Assembly: GCA_038087875.1 (NCBI GenBank)
Contig: JAXLNO010000438.1
Span: 744,001-808,000 of the forward strand
Reading direction: 5' to 3'
Source: Malacoraja senta
Lineage: Eukaryota
Length of the DNA stretch: 64,000 bases
Below the pieces are notes generated by a model. The model was given only the letters and a program-made list of their open reading frames with translations, was not told the origin of the DNA and ran no database searches. Positions 36,556 through 49,747 of this stretch are shown piece after piece. The position numbers and the translations under genes were made by a program. Position 1 is the first letter of the stretch. Each line of letters starts with the position of its first letter.

Positions 36556-39484
36556 ACTATTGATTCATTATCCATTACTTTACCATTGAATATTAACATG
36601 AGAAAAATGTATAACTTATTTGTTTGGCAATTTACTTTGGTATTGTGTTATAATTGGCTGATTATTGATATGTTTAACTTTGAAAGCAATTTTGAATATT
36701 TTCGTGATAATTGAGCATTGCAATAGCAATATATACTTGTGATAAAGATCTCAATATTATCATTTGGTAACCAGACAGCTTAGATCAGTCATTTTAGTAC
36801 AGTGAACATTTAAAGGAAATGTAAAACTGTTTGACGTAGATAGAAATCACCTTTTAATACATTTTTCTGGTCAATAACAATATTACTGAACAAACACCAA
36901 ATTATTGCTGAGTTCAACCACCTGCTTTTTTTTTCTTTCTAAGAGCAGGAAACAGGGGAACATCATATGTTGAGTGCCTGCCCATAGTTCCCGAATACCT
37001 CCATTTATTGGGCTTTCCATTTTAAATGGTTCAGGGTTTCTGTCCGAGGCCTCCTCTATTGTCAGTGAGGCTCAACCCAAATTGGAGGAACAGCATCTCA
37101 TATTTCCAAAACTTGCCAAAAAATAATCACATAATTTCAATATTAATTGCTTATTTTCTTCAATAACTTCTCAATTTCCCAAGACATTTTCTGTTCTTGT
37201 CCTGTAATGAGTAAGGATTCGTATGGGTGTCAGGGGATACAGGAAGAAGGCAGGAGAATGGAGTTGAGAGGGAAAGATTGATCAGCCATGATGAGCCAGA
37301 TTGCTTAATTCTGTTCCTGGAACTTAGGAACTTTAGGTCTACTTTGTAGCAAAATAAATGTTAGATTTTACCTGCAACTTGTCCATAAAGCCCATATCTT
37401 GGTCAATTTAGTAAAGCATATTGAGCGGTTCTTTCAACTTCAACAGGCGTATAAAGCAAAGCTTGGTGGATGGTCCAACCTGTTTCTCCCACATATGATG
37501 AAGGAAACGTCATCTATCCATTTGTTCAGTGATGCTGCCTGACCTGCTGAATTATTCCAGCATTTTGTATCTATCTTTGGTATAAATCAGCATCAGGACT
37601 TCCATTTTATCACTTTCTCTTCATGGGGGCTGTTTTTTCAACTAGAAAGCACTGGTTAAGTACTCATACACATTTGGGGCAGATTTGCCTTCCTATTGGA
37701 ATCATTGAAGGGGCAAACCATTATGTGTCTTGATGGATGGCCATGCAAACCCTCCCACCCTACCCCCCACCACACATTCATCACTTATGTTAGCATGAAT
37801 GATGGTATTATGCACGCCCGCCAACCTCCAAGGCCTGATATATCAAAGACACAATTCAAAATGTGTGCACTGATCAACCAATCAGATTTAATGCTCCTAG
37901 AACTCTAATATGTGCATTTAGAAACATAGCCACACTCATACTAATTTCCAGTCCTGGTATTTTATTGTCACAAAAGAAATGCAAACTGTCAATGACACTT
38001 TACAATGATATGTGTCATGGAGCTCTTGAGAGAGAATTAAATCAGGTTCAGTTCACAATTCGTAGTAAGTTAGCTGATAAAAGCTGACCCCAAGATTCAA
38101 CAGTCGCTAGTTCCTGGCATTGGAAAGATTGAATTCTGACCAATGACTCACTAAATGATGAGATGCATTTGTGAATAAAATGCTGAGGTTACAGGTGAGT
38201 GTTATGTCCTGGATAGTAGTTAGCTTGCATCAAACTTTGTTGTTCAAAAATGACCAGTTGGGCAGAATAATGGGAGGATAAGTAAGACCATGTTTTAGGG
38301 AACTAGAGCAGGGGAATTTTTTTTAAGAAGCATTACAGAAAGAAGATTAAAAAAAATGTTTAACTTGATTTCTGTCCTGAAGTATATCCACATTCTTTAC
38401 TTAATTCATTGTATAATCTATGAAGAGAAAATCGAGAATTTGTTGAACTGGTATTGCATTCAGCACTGTTTATTATTTTTAAATCATAAAGCATTTTGAT
38501 GTCGCTGTCATCCATATAAATACATTTTGGTATTACAGTACTGGGAGATGGATATGCCAAAGCCCTGTGTAATGTTATCCTCTCAAGCTTTATAATTGGC
38601 AACAGGAATTTAAAATTTATTAAAATGTCCTATCGGATGTTAACGAAAGGAAAAGTATGCACCATGCCGCATGAAGTGTCTGCACTCTCCAAAATTACTT
38701 GGGGGAAACTGTAAATCATCAAAGAAACAGGATCAAATAACATATCCTGTGATGTTGCTGATCATTAGAAATTCTGCCCTTGATCAAGTACTATCATTAA
38801 GGCAGAGTAATGAAGTGCCTTAGCCTAACAGCTGAAGAATGTCAAGAGTCATCTGACATGAGGATCACATGAGCTTCTTCAGCTGCAACATCATATATGC
38901 TACTTGAAGTGTATGAACCACATAGTGAATCTACTTGTTGCTCCCATGCTCTAATTGCAACATCTCTGATTGCTTCTTTGTACTGCTCTCGACTCAAAAT
39001 CACATTTCCTCTCCTGTACTCAATTCCTTCTGTGTTCAGCTCTGGAAAAGTAACTGTTCCAAATGTTCTAATTTGTCAAACTTCAGTCCAAGATTTTGCC
39101 TTCCATTCATCTTAATGCTTCCACAGTTACCAATCTGATACTTCCACTTTGGATAAGAATTTGTTTTATCATATAATTTTGCTTTCACTTCTGCAGCAAG
39201 CTCTTCAATCCTCCGTGGGTATTATTAATCAACAACAGTGTAAAATTCTAATTTGGCAGTAGTGTGTAATAAACAACAGCAAAACAACAGCCTGGTTTTA
39301 CATGTAGTTTAGTTCCCTTTATTATTTGAGTTTGTTTTGTTTCTGGAGCTGTTCGTGTACAAAAGAAAGAAATGAATGAATGGACAAAGGAATTTTGTTT
39401 TACATCCACCACAATCTCAAATCATTAAAGGCAATTGTTTTATAAATTGTTTTCACAGTCATAAACTAAAATACCTAATCAATA

Positions 39485-40517
39485 TTAATATAATTAAAAC
39501 TCAAATCTTGATCACTTCCTGTTTGCACTGCATATTGATTTTAGAAAAAACGCTACCACTTACGGCTGTGATTTTTGGCCAACTTACTCAGTGTGCCCAT
39601 CCGCTGCGCAGGACAAGAGGATTTTGCCCATCGATAAAAGACTTATTAATGTTTTAAAAATGTTGAGATTCTCTCTCGTCAATCATGCCACGCCCCTCCG
39701 GTGGGAGGGATGGAGGGACTATAAAACCCGGAAGTGTGGGCGTGGCTCAGTCTCTGCAGGATGGGGGAGGGAGAGGTCATGACTCTCTGTCTTTGGTGGC
39801 CTTGCACCCTGCTTGAAATGGTATGAAACTGCAGTTGAATTTGGTGGCCTTGCACCCTGCTTGAAATGGTATGAAACTGCACTTGAATTTGGGGACATTG
39901 CACCCTGCTTGAAGTGGCATGAAACTGCACTTGAGTTTGGTCGCCTTGCACCCTGCTTGAAGTGGTATGAAACTGCACTTGAGTTTGGTGGCCTTGCACT
40001 CTGCTTGAAGTGGAATGAAACTGCACTTGAGTTTGGTGCCCTTGCACCCTGCTTGAAGTGGTATGAAACTGCACTTGAGTTTGGTGGCCTTGTACCCTGC
40101 TTGAAATGGTATGAAACTGCACTTGAGTCTGGTGGCCTTGCACCCTGTTTGAAATGGTATGAAACTGCACTTGAATTTGGTGGCCTTGCACCCTGCTTGA
40201 AGTGGTATGAAACTGCACTTGAATTTGGTCGCCTTGCACCCTGCTTGAAACTACCAGCCCACCAGCCGTGAGTGAGTGAGCTGCCAGCACACCAGGCTTG
40301 AGTGACTGAGCTGCCAGCCCAAGAATCCATTCGGCCCACAATGTCCATACTAGCCCTCTGGAAACCAGTCCCTTCAGCCCACAACACCCATACTAGCGCT
40401 CCAGAAAGCACCCCTCCCCCCACTGGCCACCAATATTGGAATTGGTGGAGAGGTGGAATATTGCTTTGGGGGACCAGCCCAACCGGTCCCATGTTTACTA
40501 AGTCCCACTTAGTCTAG
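39485..40517 (+). mobile_element. Non-autonomous Helitron (copy 1)
   Basis: Ends cccacttagtCTAG|t. Homologous to copy 2 at both ends. The terminal hairpin is partly rearranged and the 5' TC is degenerate. No TSD. Confidence 0.78.
39792..40250 (+). repeat. 48-bp tandem array (~9.5 units) inside Helitron copy 1
   Basis: Unit tttggtggccttgcaccctgcttgaartggtatgaaactgcacttgar. Confidence 0.95.
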
Positions 40518-41377
40518 TACTTGTATATATTCTAAATTTTTCTTAGGTTAAGAGTCGGTTAACATTAAATATGTTTGCCCTCTTTCAACACTGTATGACC
40601 TGACAAGATTTTATGATACCAAAAATGTGGTTTATTTATCTAATCAAAATGTTTCTAATTTCTTTCCTAGTTGTGCATTGCAAATTGTGTTGTGGGTCCA
40701 TTTCCCATGATGAAAAGCAATGGGTTAATGCAACAGACTGGATAAATATGATGCCAAAATTTCACTGTACTCCCACAGAAATACCACAGCTGCTTCAGAG
40801 GCCACTACTAAATTGGCCAAGACCACAGAAATTTAATTTCTAGTTTATCGTGGAATCTGCCAAGCAATTAAGGTGTTTTGGAGCAAGAATTCCTGATCAC
40901 TTTTATATTACACATTACGCACCTTAACTACGTATTACAAATGAATAATCTTTATGAAAATTGTGGAAGAAACAGAAGTCACGGCCTGCAAAATGCACCA
41001 TAAAACAGCGATCAATGTTGAAGCCCCAGTTCCTGCTTATCTCCCATGCTTGAAGGAATCAGAATTCAACCTTTAAAATATTAATGTACTGAGTGAAAGC
41101 ATAGCTAACACACGAACAATGCAATGCATAAATTGTCAAACGAAGATGAAAACACAAGGGCTAGAAATTCCACAGACCAAACCACATGCTAAAATGATGA
41201 TGTTCAAGGAACAGGCGCCAGTTTTTTTTTCCAGTGCTCTGAGTGGATGATTTTACTGCTTCTCGTACAAGTACTTGTAAACTGAGAGAGGAGATAATCA
41301 TGGTGCTTTTCCCCAGTGAAGCATGTTAACTGAAAGCAATTTCAGGAGTCCTGGGCATCTGAGGAAATTAACCCAAG

Positions 41378-41469
41378 GAAGGGTTTCGACCGGAAACGTC
41401 ACCCATTCCTTCTCTCCAGAGATGCTGCCTGTCCCGCTGAGCTACTCCAGCTTTTTGTGTCTATCTTCA
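41378..41469 (+). mobile_element. Penelope pLTR fragment
   Basis: gaagggtttcgaccggaaacgtcacccattcc..gagatgctgcctgtcccgctgag. Confidence 0.8.
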
Positions 41470-41821
41470 AAATAACATCATGCCTGTGCCCGCTAACCAG
41501 CACACCTGCTGTGCCTGTTATTTTGTGAGTAATAGCAGCTCAGGCGTAGAGCAGATAAATCATTTCTCTAACACAAATTTTGAGCTCTTAATAGAGGAGA
41601 TATAATCCTGGGTGAAGTTCCTGGTTCATGAGGTTTCTGGAGCCCGCACGGCCCCAAATTCAGAATTGACCTTAATTTTGACAGTGGTCGGGAAGGTAAG
41701 CTGCCTCTAAAGTCAGATAGAAAACAATCCTCCAGACTGCAGTGCATTATCAGGTTTCAGCTCATTTCCTATAAGCCTAAAATTAATCTTATCAATATTA
41801 ACAAAATGTATAATGTTAATC

Positions 41822-42130
41822 ATGGCTTGGTGATGGCTCTCTTTCCTACGAGTCAGAAAATTGGTGTTTCGAGCTCCACTCTGGAGTGTGAAGTGATAAT
41901 TTAAGTTGGCACTGCATCTCTAAGGGGATAGATATGCTACCTTTGGATAAGGCATTAAGTCACAGCTCCATAAGCAGAAACATTGTGGGACTGATTTATA
42001 TTCCAAGGTGCATACCTGACTAATAACTACCTTCAGCGAACATCAACAAGATCTTATTAAAAGGATTATCTGGTCAGACATTTTATCACTCTTTCTGAGA
42101 CCATGCTGTGACAATTAGCAGTTCTGTTTC
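41822..42130 (+). mobile_element. Old, highly diverged tRNA-SINE-like remnant
   Basis: tRNA-head-like ggcttggtgatgg..gagtcagaaaattggtgtttcgagctccactc. The family assignment is uncertain. Confidence 0.35.
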
Positions 42131-44114
42131 TACATGGTACAATAAATACACCTCATACAACTAAATTAGCTATGTTGCATTAAGACAATTACATGCATGC
42201 ATGCAAACATTTTCTTTATCCAGTCTGTATTATGAAATTACATTTTATTTTGAAGTTTACCATCAGTTATTCCCTTGTTCTGCTTGCCATCTTTTAAAAT
42301 AAGAACACGCTATTCTATCAGCCATTGCTCTGATGCTCATTCTTACTTCTGGCTCTCAATTCAATGGGCTCAAATCTCAGTCCAGAGATTTGAGTACTGG
42401 GAGCCAACCTGCAGCAGAATGGGTGCTCTTCACTCAGAGGGGCTCTGTGTTGATACTTCAAACACATATTCTATCAACCTCCTTATGAAAACATCAAATT
42501 ATATTTCTTTAGAAAAGGATTGGATTTGTTGTTCCTGGTGTCTTCACCGGCTGTAATACTCAATCAATATCGTTAAAACAAAGTGACTATTACATTACTA
42601 CGTGTTGGACACTGCTGCGTGCGATGTGTTTTACAATGGTGACCACTTTTTACAAGTTCCCTGTTTGCTTTGGGATGTTTCAAGGCCATGAAAGATCTTT
42701 CATAAACACAAGTTGAACTTTTTCCTCCATCAACACACTGTATTTGCAAATGCAATAATATGCCCTTGGTTATCATTGAAACAATCTGGACCAGATCTTA
42801 AAAAGAAAAATCATCACTACAGTGTTCTTAAAAATTGGTTTGAGCCAGAGGTGAACAATTTCATCTATTTCTCTGGGAGTCTTATCCCTTACACAAAGAT
42901 TCATCATTTCATTTTTAGCAGTATTTTCATTCTCCTTGCCACCATTTTTCTAGCAGATATCTCCCCCAAATGACATCCAATGTATTGCAATGAACAAAAT
43001 TTGTCCACAGAGATTTGTCTACCTCTCTGGTCTGAAAAATGACTGCTTGGGCTTACTCACAGAACAACTAGGTTTTAATAACCCAGTTTCCCTTGAAACC
43101 ATGTCATTTACTGGGCCAATATTCAAACTCCATTCTCTGACGTCCTGGTGCCTGATGTCCTACAATCTCAAATACAGCCTCACATGTGCCTTGGCTGCTT
43201 CGGCCATGGAGACCAGGATCATGTAACCTCCCAGCATCCTAGCCTCAAGCTCATTCCAAGATCTTGCTGCTGATTTCTGCCACATCTTCCAGTTTGGCAC
43301 AACAAATCCCAACAGCTTTGTGAACCGCAGAACATAAGCTTTTATTCTTTAAGTGACTTTCACAAATTGATTTAGGGTGCCTTGCAATGTTATCATGACT
43401 CCCCCAAAATGTTACAGAGCAGAGTCTATGCTTCAATCTCCCAAAACACATGTATTTCCTTCATCTTTCCTAATAGTTGACATGGCATTTTTGGTGGGAG
43501 TAGAGGTTCATAAGATTTTATAGCAAGCAAATATACAGGAAACTGTATGTTTAAATGGCTGGATATTCTGTTCATCTCTACTCTGTCCCACAGATTTGAA
43601 GATCCCTGAGAGCTGAATGACGTTCTGAATGGCCAGAGGGAATAACAAATTGGCAAAAGTTTAATGTCTTCCCAAAACATCCACTTCTCAGATGACCATA
43701 GCTTATCTAGGAAAACCACACACTTTCTGACCAATTTCCTCACAAAACACATTAAGACAGCTCATCTGCCTCTTGTGTGAAAATGGAAATGGAATTGCAA
43801 TCTGTGACATCCTAACAATGGTTCATCAAGAATGGGACTAAAGTTAATTGTGGTTTTAAAATTAAATTCCTCATATTGACCTACCAACAGCAGAGCCGCT
43901 CCCCCTTCCTGTGTTATCAACATGACTAACATCAGACGAAAAACAGAAAGATAACCAAAAATAAATTACTGTCTGAAGGTTCAAGAAAGTAAACATTTAC
44001 ATTCCCTCATATTCACTGATTATTTTCTATTGCTTAACAGTGCCTTGTAAAAAAGATGAGGAGTTAACCAACAAGCTCAGAATCAGTCACTGGTCAAATA
44101 TCTGTCCTTAGTGA

Positions 44115-45030
44115 CACAAGGAACTGCAGACACTGGTTTACAAAAACTGGTTAACAAACTGGCCAAATTTTAACGTCTTCCCAAAACATCCGCTCAACCC
44201 ACATTTAAATTTGCTTCTCATATGACCACAGATACCTGTTTATCTGGAGAAAGTGCTGGAGCAAATCAGCGAGTCAGGCAGCGGAGAACATGGATAGGTG
44301 TCTATATGTTCCTCTTTTGTTACTGTGATCCACAATGCATTATTTGCTGGGATGCCGTCATGTCGCTTATATGTGACTGATTGCTGCACAGTTTAAGGCC
44401 TAATTTTCCAGTCTACTCAACAGTTTTTCAAGATTCCGCAGGTCCTCATCTTTCAAAGCTCTCAGCACTAGATACGTTCAAGTGTACAGTGACACTGGGA
44501 ATGGTCTGCAGCAACACTCATTGTTCTCTGAAAGATAGCAGGTGCAGAAAAAATTCCAAAATATATTTGGTTATAAGTGAATGGAACTGCAGATGCTGGT
44601 TTACAAAAAAGGACACAAAGTGCTGCCGTAGCTCAGTGGGCATCGCTGGAGAAGATGGCTAGATGACTTTTCGTATCAACACCCTTCTGCAGACTGGCTG
44701 CGGGAGGGGGGGGGAATAGGAGGATGAGGCTGGAAGAGAGGAGGGACAAGACAAGGACGTCTCAACCGGGCATTCCCTCTTCTTCCCACAGGCAAGGGAT
44801 ACAAAAGTGTGAAAACGCTTACCTCCAGATTGTAATCATGTATAATTTTTTTGCTGACTGGATAGCACACAACAAAAAACTTTTCACTGTACCTCTGTAC
44901 ACCTGACAATAAACAATACCAAACTAAACAATCAGTCTGAAAATGGGTCCCAACCTGAAACGTCACCCATCCATGTGCTTAATAGATGCTGCTTGACCCA
45001 TTGAGTTGCTCCAGTACTTTGTGTCTTTTT
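44115..45030. mobile_element. Decayed Penelope pLTR pieces (44115-44300 -, 44580-44760 -, 44930-45030 +) with a Rex/Babar 3' fragment at ~44765-44928
   Basis: ggaactgcaga..ctggttta blocks; ttttcactgtacctctgtacacctgacaataaa tail. Confidence 0.65.
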
Positions 45031-45496
45031 TTGGTTATATGTGAACTAGTCTTTGTTTGTGGGGATGGTCAAAAACTTTCAGTCTGTACCTCTAATACGC
45101 TCTGTTGTTATGCATGACTCCTATCCAAATTAGTAAACTGGATTCTCAGGAAGGATTTTACCAGATCTCAATTTACGTACGTGCTACCTGGTTTCATTTC
45201 TCAAAGGCCTGCCTTTGAATTTAGTTTCTTGTGAATGTTCTCAGTTAAGTCAACAGTTTATCCTTGTATATGGTCATTTATAATTTTTAAACTGGAAAAA
45301 TAAGTTACACCTCAATACATCCCATCACTCAACCTAACTTTGAGTTGGGGTGGTGGGGATCTTGCGGCATCATTAAGATTAACAATTTATATTTAGAAAG
45401 TGCATTTAATATAGCAAAATATCCAACATCACTGCTCAAATAAAACTTGACAGAAATTTGTAAAAGAGGAGCTGATGAAAAGCTTGTACAAAGATA

Positions 45497-46220
45497 TCTA
45501 AATAACTAAAAGTCCCACCTTGACCACTTCCTGTCTGCGCTGTATATTGATTTTAGAAAAAATGCTACAATTTATATCTATGATTTTTGGCCATGTTACT
45601 TGCAGTCCTCCTCCGCTGAGGCAGCCCCGAGGATTTTTCTGATCAATGAAAAATAAAAAAGTTATGAATGTTTAAATAATCTTGAGATCAGCTGATTGGT
45701 CCTCTCGCCTGATGATGAAGGTAACGCCCCTTCTGGGGGGGGCAGGAGTATAAAGCCCAAATGGTATGAAATTGCATTTGAATTTGGTGGCCTGCACTCT
45801 GCTTGAAATGGTATGAAATTGCATTTGAATTTGGTGGCCTGCACTCTGCTTGAAATGGTATGAAATTGCATTTGAGTTTGGTGGCCTGCACTCTGCTTGA
45901 AATGGTATGAAATTCCATTTGAATTTGGTGGCCTGCACTCTGCGTGAACTGCCAGTCCACCAGGCCTGAGTGACTGAGCTGCCAGCCCACCAGGCCTGAG
46001 TGACTGAGCTGCCAGCCCAAGAATCCATTCGGCCTACAATGTCCATACTAGCCCTCTGGAAACCAGTCCCTTCGGCCCACAACACCCATACTAGCTATCC
46101 AGAAAGCCCCCCCCCCCCCACTGGCCACCAATATTGGAATTGGTGGAGAGGTGGAATATTGCGTTGGGGGACCAGCCCTCCCGTGCAAACATGGGACCCA
46201 ACGGGTCCCACTTAGTCTAG
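45497..46220 (+). mobile_element. Non-autonomous Helitron (copy 2)
   Basis: Starts a|TCtaaataactaaaa. GC-rich hairpin tgggaccc-aac-gggtccca (46192-46210) lies 6 nt before the terminal CTAG, which is followed by T. Inserted between A and T with no TSD. Confidence 0.87.
45759..45947 (+). repeat. 47-bp tandem array (~4 units) inside Helitron copy 2
   Basis: Unit aaatggtatgaaattgcatttgaatttggtggcctgcactctgcttg. Confidence 0.93.
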
Positions 46221-46580
46221 TAGTCTCTTAGGTGCCTCTTCAAAGAGTTAAGGGAGGTAGAGAGATAAATAGGTTTAGAGAGAGAATTCAGATCCATAGG
46301 GTCTCAACAGATGAAAGCACAGAGTTGGGAGGAGAATAGGGCTTGGAGAAAACTAGGATAAGTCATTTTTAGGTTTCAACAAGTAAAATGAGCAAGGTCA
46401 GACATAATTTGTGAGAGCAGAGACTAGCAATGCTATGTAGGCAGAATAAGCAGTTTCAATGAAGGTCCAAATATGTGAACTGTAGGTTATTTTAGAGTTA
46501 AATAAATATCAGATTTATTATTAAGAATGGCAAAACAAGATTTAAAATGCTTCTCCAATCTTTCTATTCCTGTGGAATAT

Positions 46581-46790
46581 GGACACAAAATGCTGCAGTA
46601 ACTCAGCGGGACAGGTAGCATCTCTGGAGAGATGGAATGGGTGATGTTTTGGGTCGGGATCCTTCTTCAGTCTGATGTAGGGTCCCGACCCAAAACGTTA
46701 CATCTTTTTTCTCCAGAGATGCTGCCTGACCCGCTGAGTTGCTCCAGCATTTTGTGTCTAACTTTGATATAAACCAGCATCTGCAGTTTT
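46581..46790. mobile_element. Inverted Penelope pLTR dimer
   Basis: gacacaaaatgctg...cttcttcag|t|ctgatgtaggg...cagcattttgtgtc fold-back centred near 46671. Confidence 0.82.
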
Positions 46791-48007
46791 TTGTTTCTAA
46801 AAAAAGTTGCCTGCTTTGTATTCCAGGATTGAAAACAATCACGTTCTGGAAATTTATTAATTTTATGTTTTGTTATATTCGCCATTATCATTCCATTTTA
46901 AAAAAATGATCTTTTTGGTTTTGTTTTGTGCCTTTAGTATTTCAACCCCCTCCTTCTGCAATGAATAGTGTTACCAGATCAAACAATGTCTTTAATGAAT
47001 GAACCTTTTTTTAGTGGTTCTCGCTTTCAATAGTCATAATTCTTTTATTTATTTGCCTTTCTATCCCTTTCACTCTTTGTTTTCCTTTCCATTACTCTCA
47101 ATAGTTTTTTTTTTAATCCTTTTGTTACTTTTATAATTTTTGGAGGCAAATAGATTCCTTTGTCTTTGCATCTGCTGAAACTTTTTTCTATTCAGCTTTA
47201 TGCTGCTGCTCTAAATCAAAGCTTTAAAACTATTTTTACAATGTCATTTAGTGTGTTTGTGACTGAGTACCTGTCAACTTAATCCATATGGTTATCCATG
47301 TTGACTAACTGAATTCAGGACTAGTTTCAGGCCTGAGAACCAAGCAATTTGTGGTTTCAAACACTCATCCCCAGAGGGCCAGATTATGGGAAGAAATAAA
47401 GACCAAAGGTTGCCAAAGTTCAAAATTACCCCCACTTTTCTGAGACTATTCATCCAGTAAATGATGGGAAAATGAAGTAACGTTATGAAAAATCCCAGAC
47501 AGGATTTTTGGCAATGTCTTATGCATCTCTTGAGAAACATTTAAGTACCTTCCCATGTTTAAAAATATGCAGCTAGACAAATTATTACATTTTTCAAATC
47601 TGATATAACACTGTTTGTCCCAAGTGTATTGAAAATAAATCCAGAGAAATCAAAACAATTTATTTTACGCTTTCATGCCTAGTTAGCCAAACAAAGCAGC
47701 CACTGTGCCTGCTGCAGATAAGATTTTGACTTCAATGGCTGGGCTCCTTGGCTCATGGCTGCTGTTGCACAGATAAAGTACAGAATGCACTGTGGCTCTA
47801 ACTGTGCAGCAAAGATACAGTCTACAGTACATAAACTATAGTCTTCACCATAACAAGATTTGCCATTCCACTGGATTATTACTAAATGGACATTTGTTCA
47901 TTCATGAAGAGTCTGTTCACAATTTCTGTGGAGTTCAATTACTTCCATTGTGGCAACTTTATGGAATTGGTACTTTTCTTGAATGATGGGTATGGCATAG
48001 ATAAATA

Positions 48008-48245
48008 TGATGGTGCAGTGGTGAGCTGCCTCACAATTCCAACAACCCAACTTTGACCTCCTCACCCTCAGGTGTTGTCAGAATGGAGTGTGTACATTCT
48101 TCCTGTGACCATGTTAATTTCCCCCAGATATCCAGTTTGCTCCCACAGCTCCCAAGACTTGCTGGTTGGGAAGTTAATTGACTACAGTAAATTACCCCAT
48201 ATGTAGCTGGGCAGTTGGTGAATTGATGGGTTTGGTGGAATGGCA
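48008..48245 (+). mobile_element. Diverged V-SINE-like element
   Basis: tggtgcagtgg..gctgcctcaca..ggttgggaagttaattgactacagtaaattacccc resembles the younger SINEs. Confidence 0.6.
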
Positions 48246-48255
48246 TTTGGTCGGT

Positions 48256-49130
48256 GGGGGCGCTGCAAGCCGCCGCCCTGTCAGCAGCGTGTCTGTATTT
48301 TTCTACTTTTTTTTATTTTTTTTAGTATGTTTTAAAGTATGTTTTTAATGTTTCTTTGTGTGTTTTGTGTGGGGGGTGGTGTGGGGGGGTGAGGGGGAAA
48401 CCGCTTCGGTCGCCTCCTCCACGGAGAGGCTTTTTCCAGGTCGCCTCCCCCGTGGCCTAACAGCGAGGATCGGGCGGCCTTTCCTGTAGATGAGCCCGGC
48501 CTTCAGCGGCGGGCGCAGCGTGGACTCTCGGCGTGGTGCGGGCGAGCCCTCGCTGGGGCTCGCCGGAGTAGAGCGCTCCGTTTCACTGGCCCGCGGCAGC
48601 CTGAAGTCGCAGTCTGCAGAGCTCCAGCTGGCGCGGCGTCCGCAGCCCGGGACCCGGGAGAAGAAGCCACCACTGCCGTCCCGCGGCCTACTTCTACCGC
48701 GGGCCCGGCGTGGACTTACCATCACCCCTGGAGGGGAGCTTCGACCGCCGGCCCTGCGGTGCTTCTGGCTGCGGCACGGCGGGAACTTTAAATCTTCGAC
48801 CGCCGGCCTGCGGCCTACACCAACCTAAAGCCGTGGTCTCCGGTGGGGAAGAGCCGACTCTGGACTTACCTGGACTTTTACCTGTCTGTACATCTGGACA
48901 CCCGCAGCGACGGCTGCGGAGGGTTGAGGTCCCGACCACGGGGGAAAATGGAGGAGGACTGGCCAAATGTTGTGCCTTCCACCACAGTGATGAATGCTGT
49001 GGTGGATGTTTGTGTTAAAATTTTATTGTGTATTGTGTGTTCTTTATCATTGTACCGCTGCTGGCAAATTCATTTCACTTGCACTTTACGTGCAATGTGA
49101 CGAATAAAACCGTATTGTATATTGTATTGT
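48256..49130 (+). mobile_element. GC-rich non-autonomous retroelement (copy C); 5' boundary approximate
   Basis: Same layout as copies A and B. 3' stem ttgcac..gtgcaa, then gtgacgaataaa and an (ATTGT)n tail. Confidence 0.78.
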
Positions 49131-49513
49131 ACGGGTTTAATGTTCTTGCCCCAGACTCTATGACTTGCTGACTGTTTTCTGTCATATTTATTTCAGTTTT
49201 TTTTTAAAATACCAATAATTTTGGCCTGTTTAAGTGCGGCTGGAAGTTTCAATGCAATGGCGTGTCATAATTCTGATTTTACCCCTCTGGGATCACAGAT
49301 AACACGTCTGTATAAGTACATCATTATCACTTTAAGTTAGACAAACAATAAGTTTTTCCTTTAATGGCTAGCTTTGATTAGTGTCAATACTGTAATTGAG
49401 AGTTTTCAGCTGTTATTTTAAAATAACAAAAATAACTTTAATTGCCGTCAAATCAAAGGAATAGTGTTTTTCTAAGCCATGTCATGGTTCACTTAGTCAA
49501 GTACACCACCAAG

Positions 49514-49642
49514 TCTGGGGAAGGGTTTCGGCCCGAAACGTTGCTAATTTCCTTCGCTCCATAGATGCTGCTGCACCCGCTGAGTTTGTCCAGCATTTTT
49601 GTGTACCTTCGATTTTCCAGCATCTGCAGTTCCTTCCTTAAC
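49514..49642 (+). mobile_element. Solo Penelope pLTR mini-insertion
   Basis: 11-bp TSD acaccaccaag at 49503-49513 and 49643-49653. Near-identical to the 29681-29907 arms. Confidence 0.87.
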
Positions 49643-49747
49643 ACACCACCAAGACCTTTGTCCCACTCCGAGTTTCGAAGCCTTTGTCTGCTCCACAAGG
49701 ACAAATTGCTGCCATCTCTTTCTTTACTGTCTTATCTTATATTTATT

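Noticed and set aside
37360..37545. Open frame FYLQLVHKAHILVNLVKHIERFFQLQQAYKAKLGGW
   Set aside because: No start or convincing splice sites. It runs into a pLTR remnant and is not a recognised protein.
38360..39230. Minus-strand stretches that read protein-like (EELAAEVKAKL.., REQYKEAIRDVAIRAWEQQ..), possible fossil gene or endogenous viral element
   Set aside because: Stops in every frame examined and no motif I can recognise. A tblastx/HMM search would be needed, so it is unsupported from the sequence alone.
39792..40250. Regular repeat array as a possible CRISPR array or repeat-protein gene (ORFs of 152-257 aa)
   Set aside because: Units are contiguous with no unique spacers and there are no cas genes in this eukaryotic context. 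The ORFs arise from a 48-bp unit lacking stops, and the sister array has a 47-bp frame-breaking unit.
48256..49000. CpG-island promoter of a host gene (also 5523-6200, 30500-31030, 52741-53100)
   Set aside because: Each CpG-rich block lies within a bounded mobile element with a tail, TSD or TIRs.
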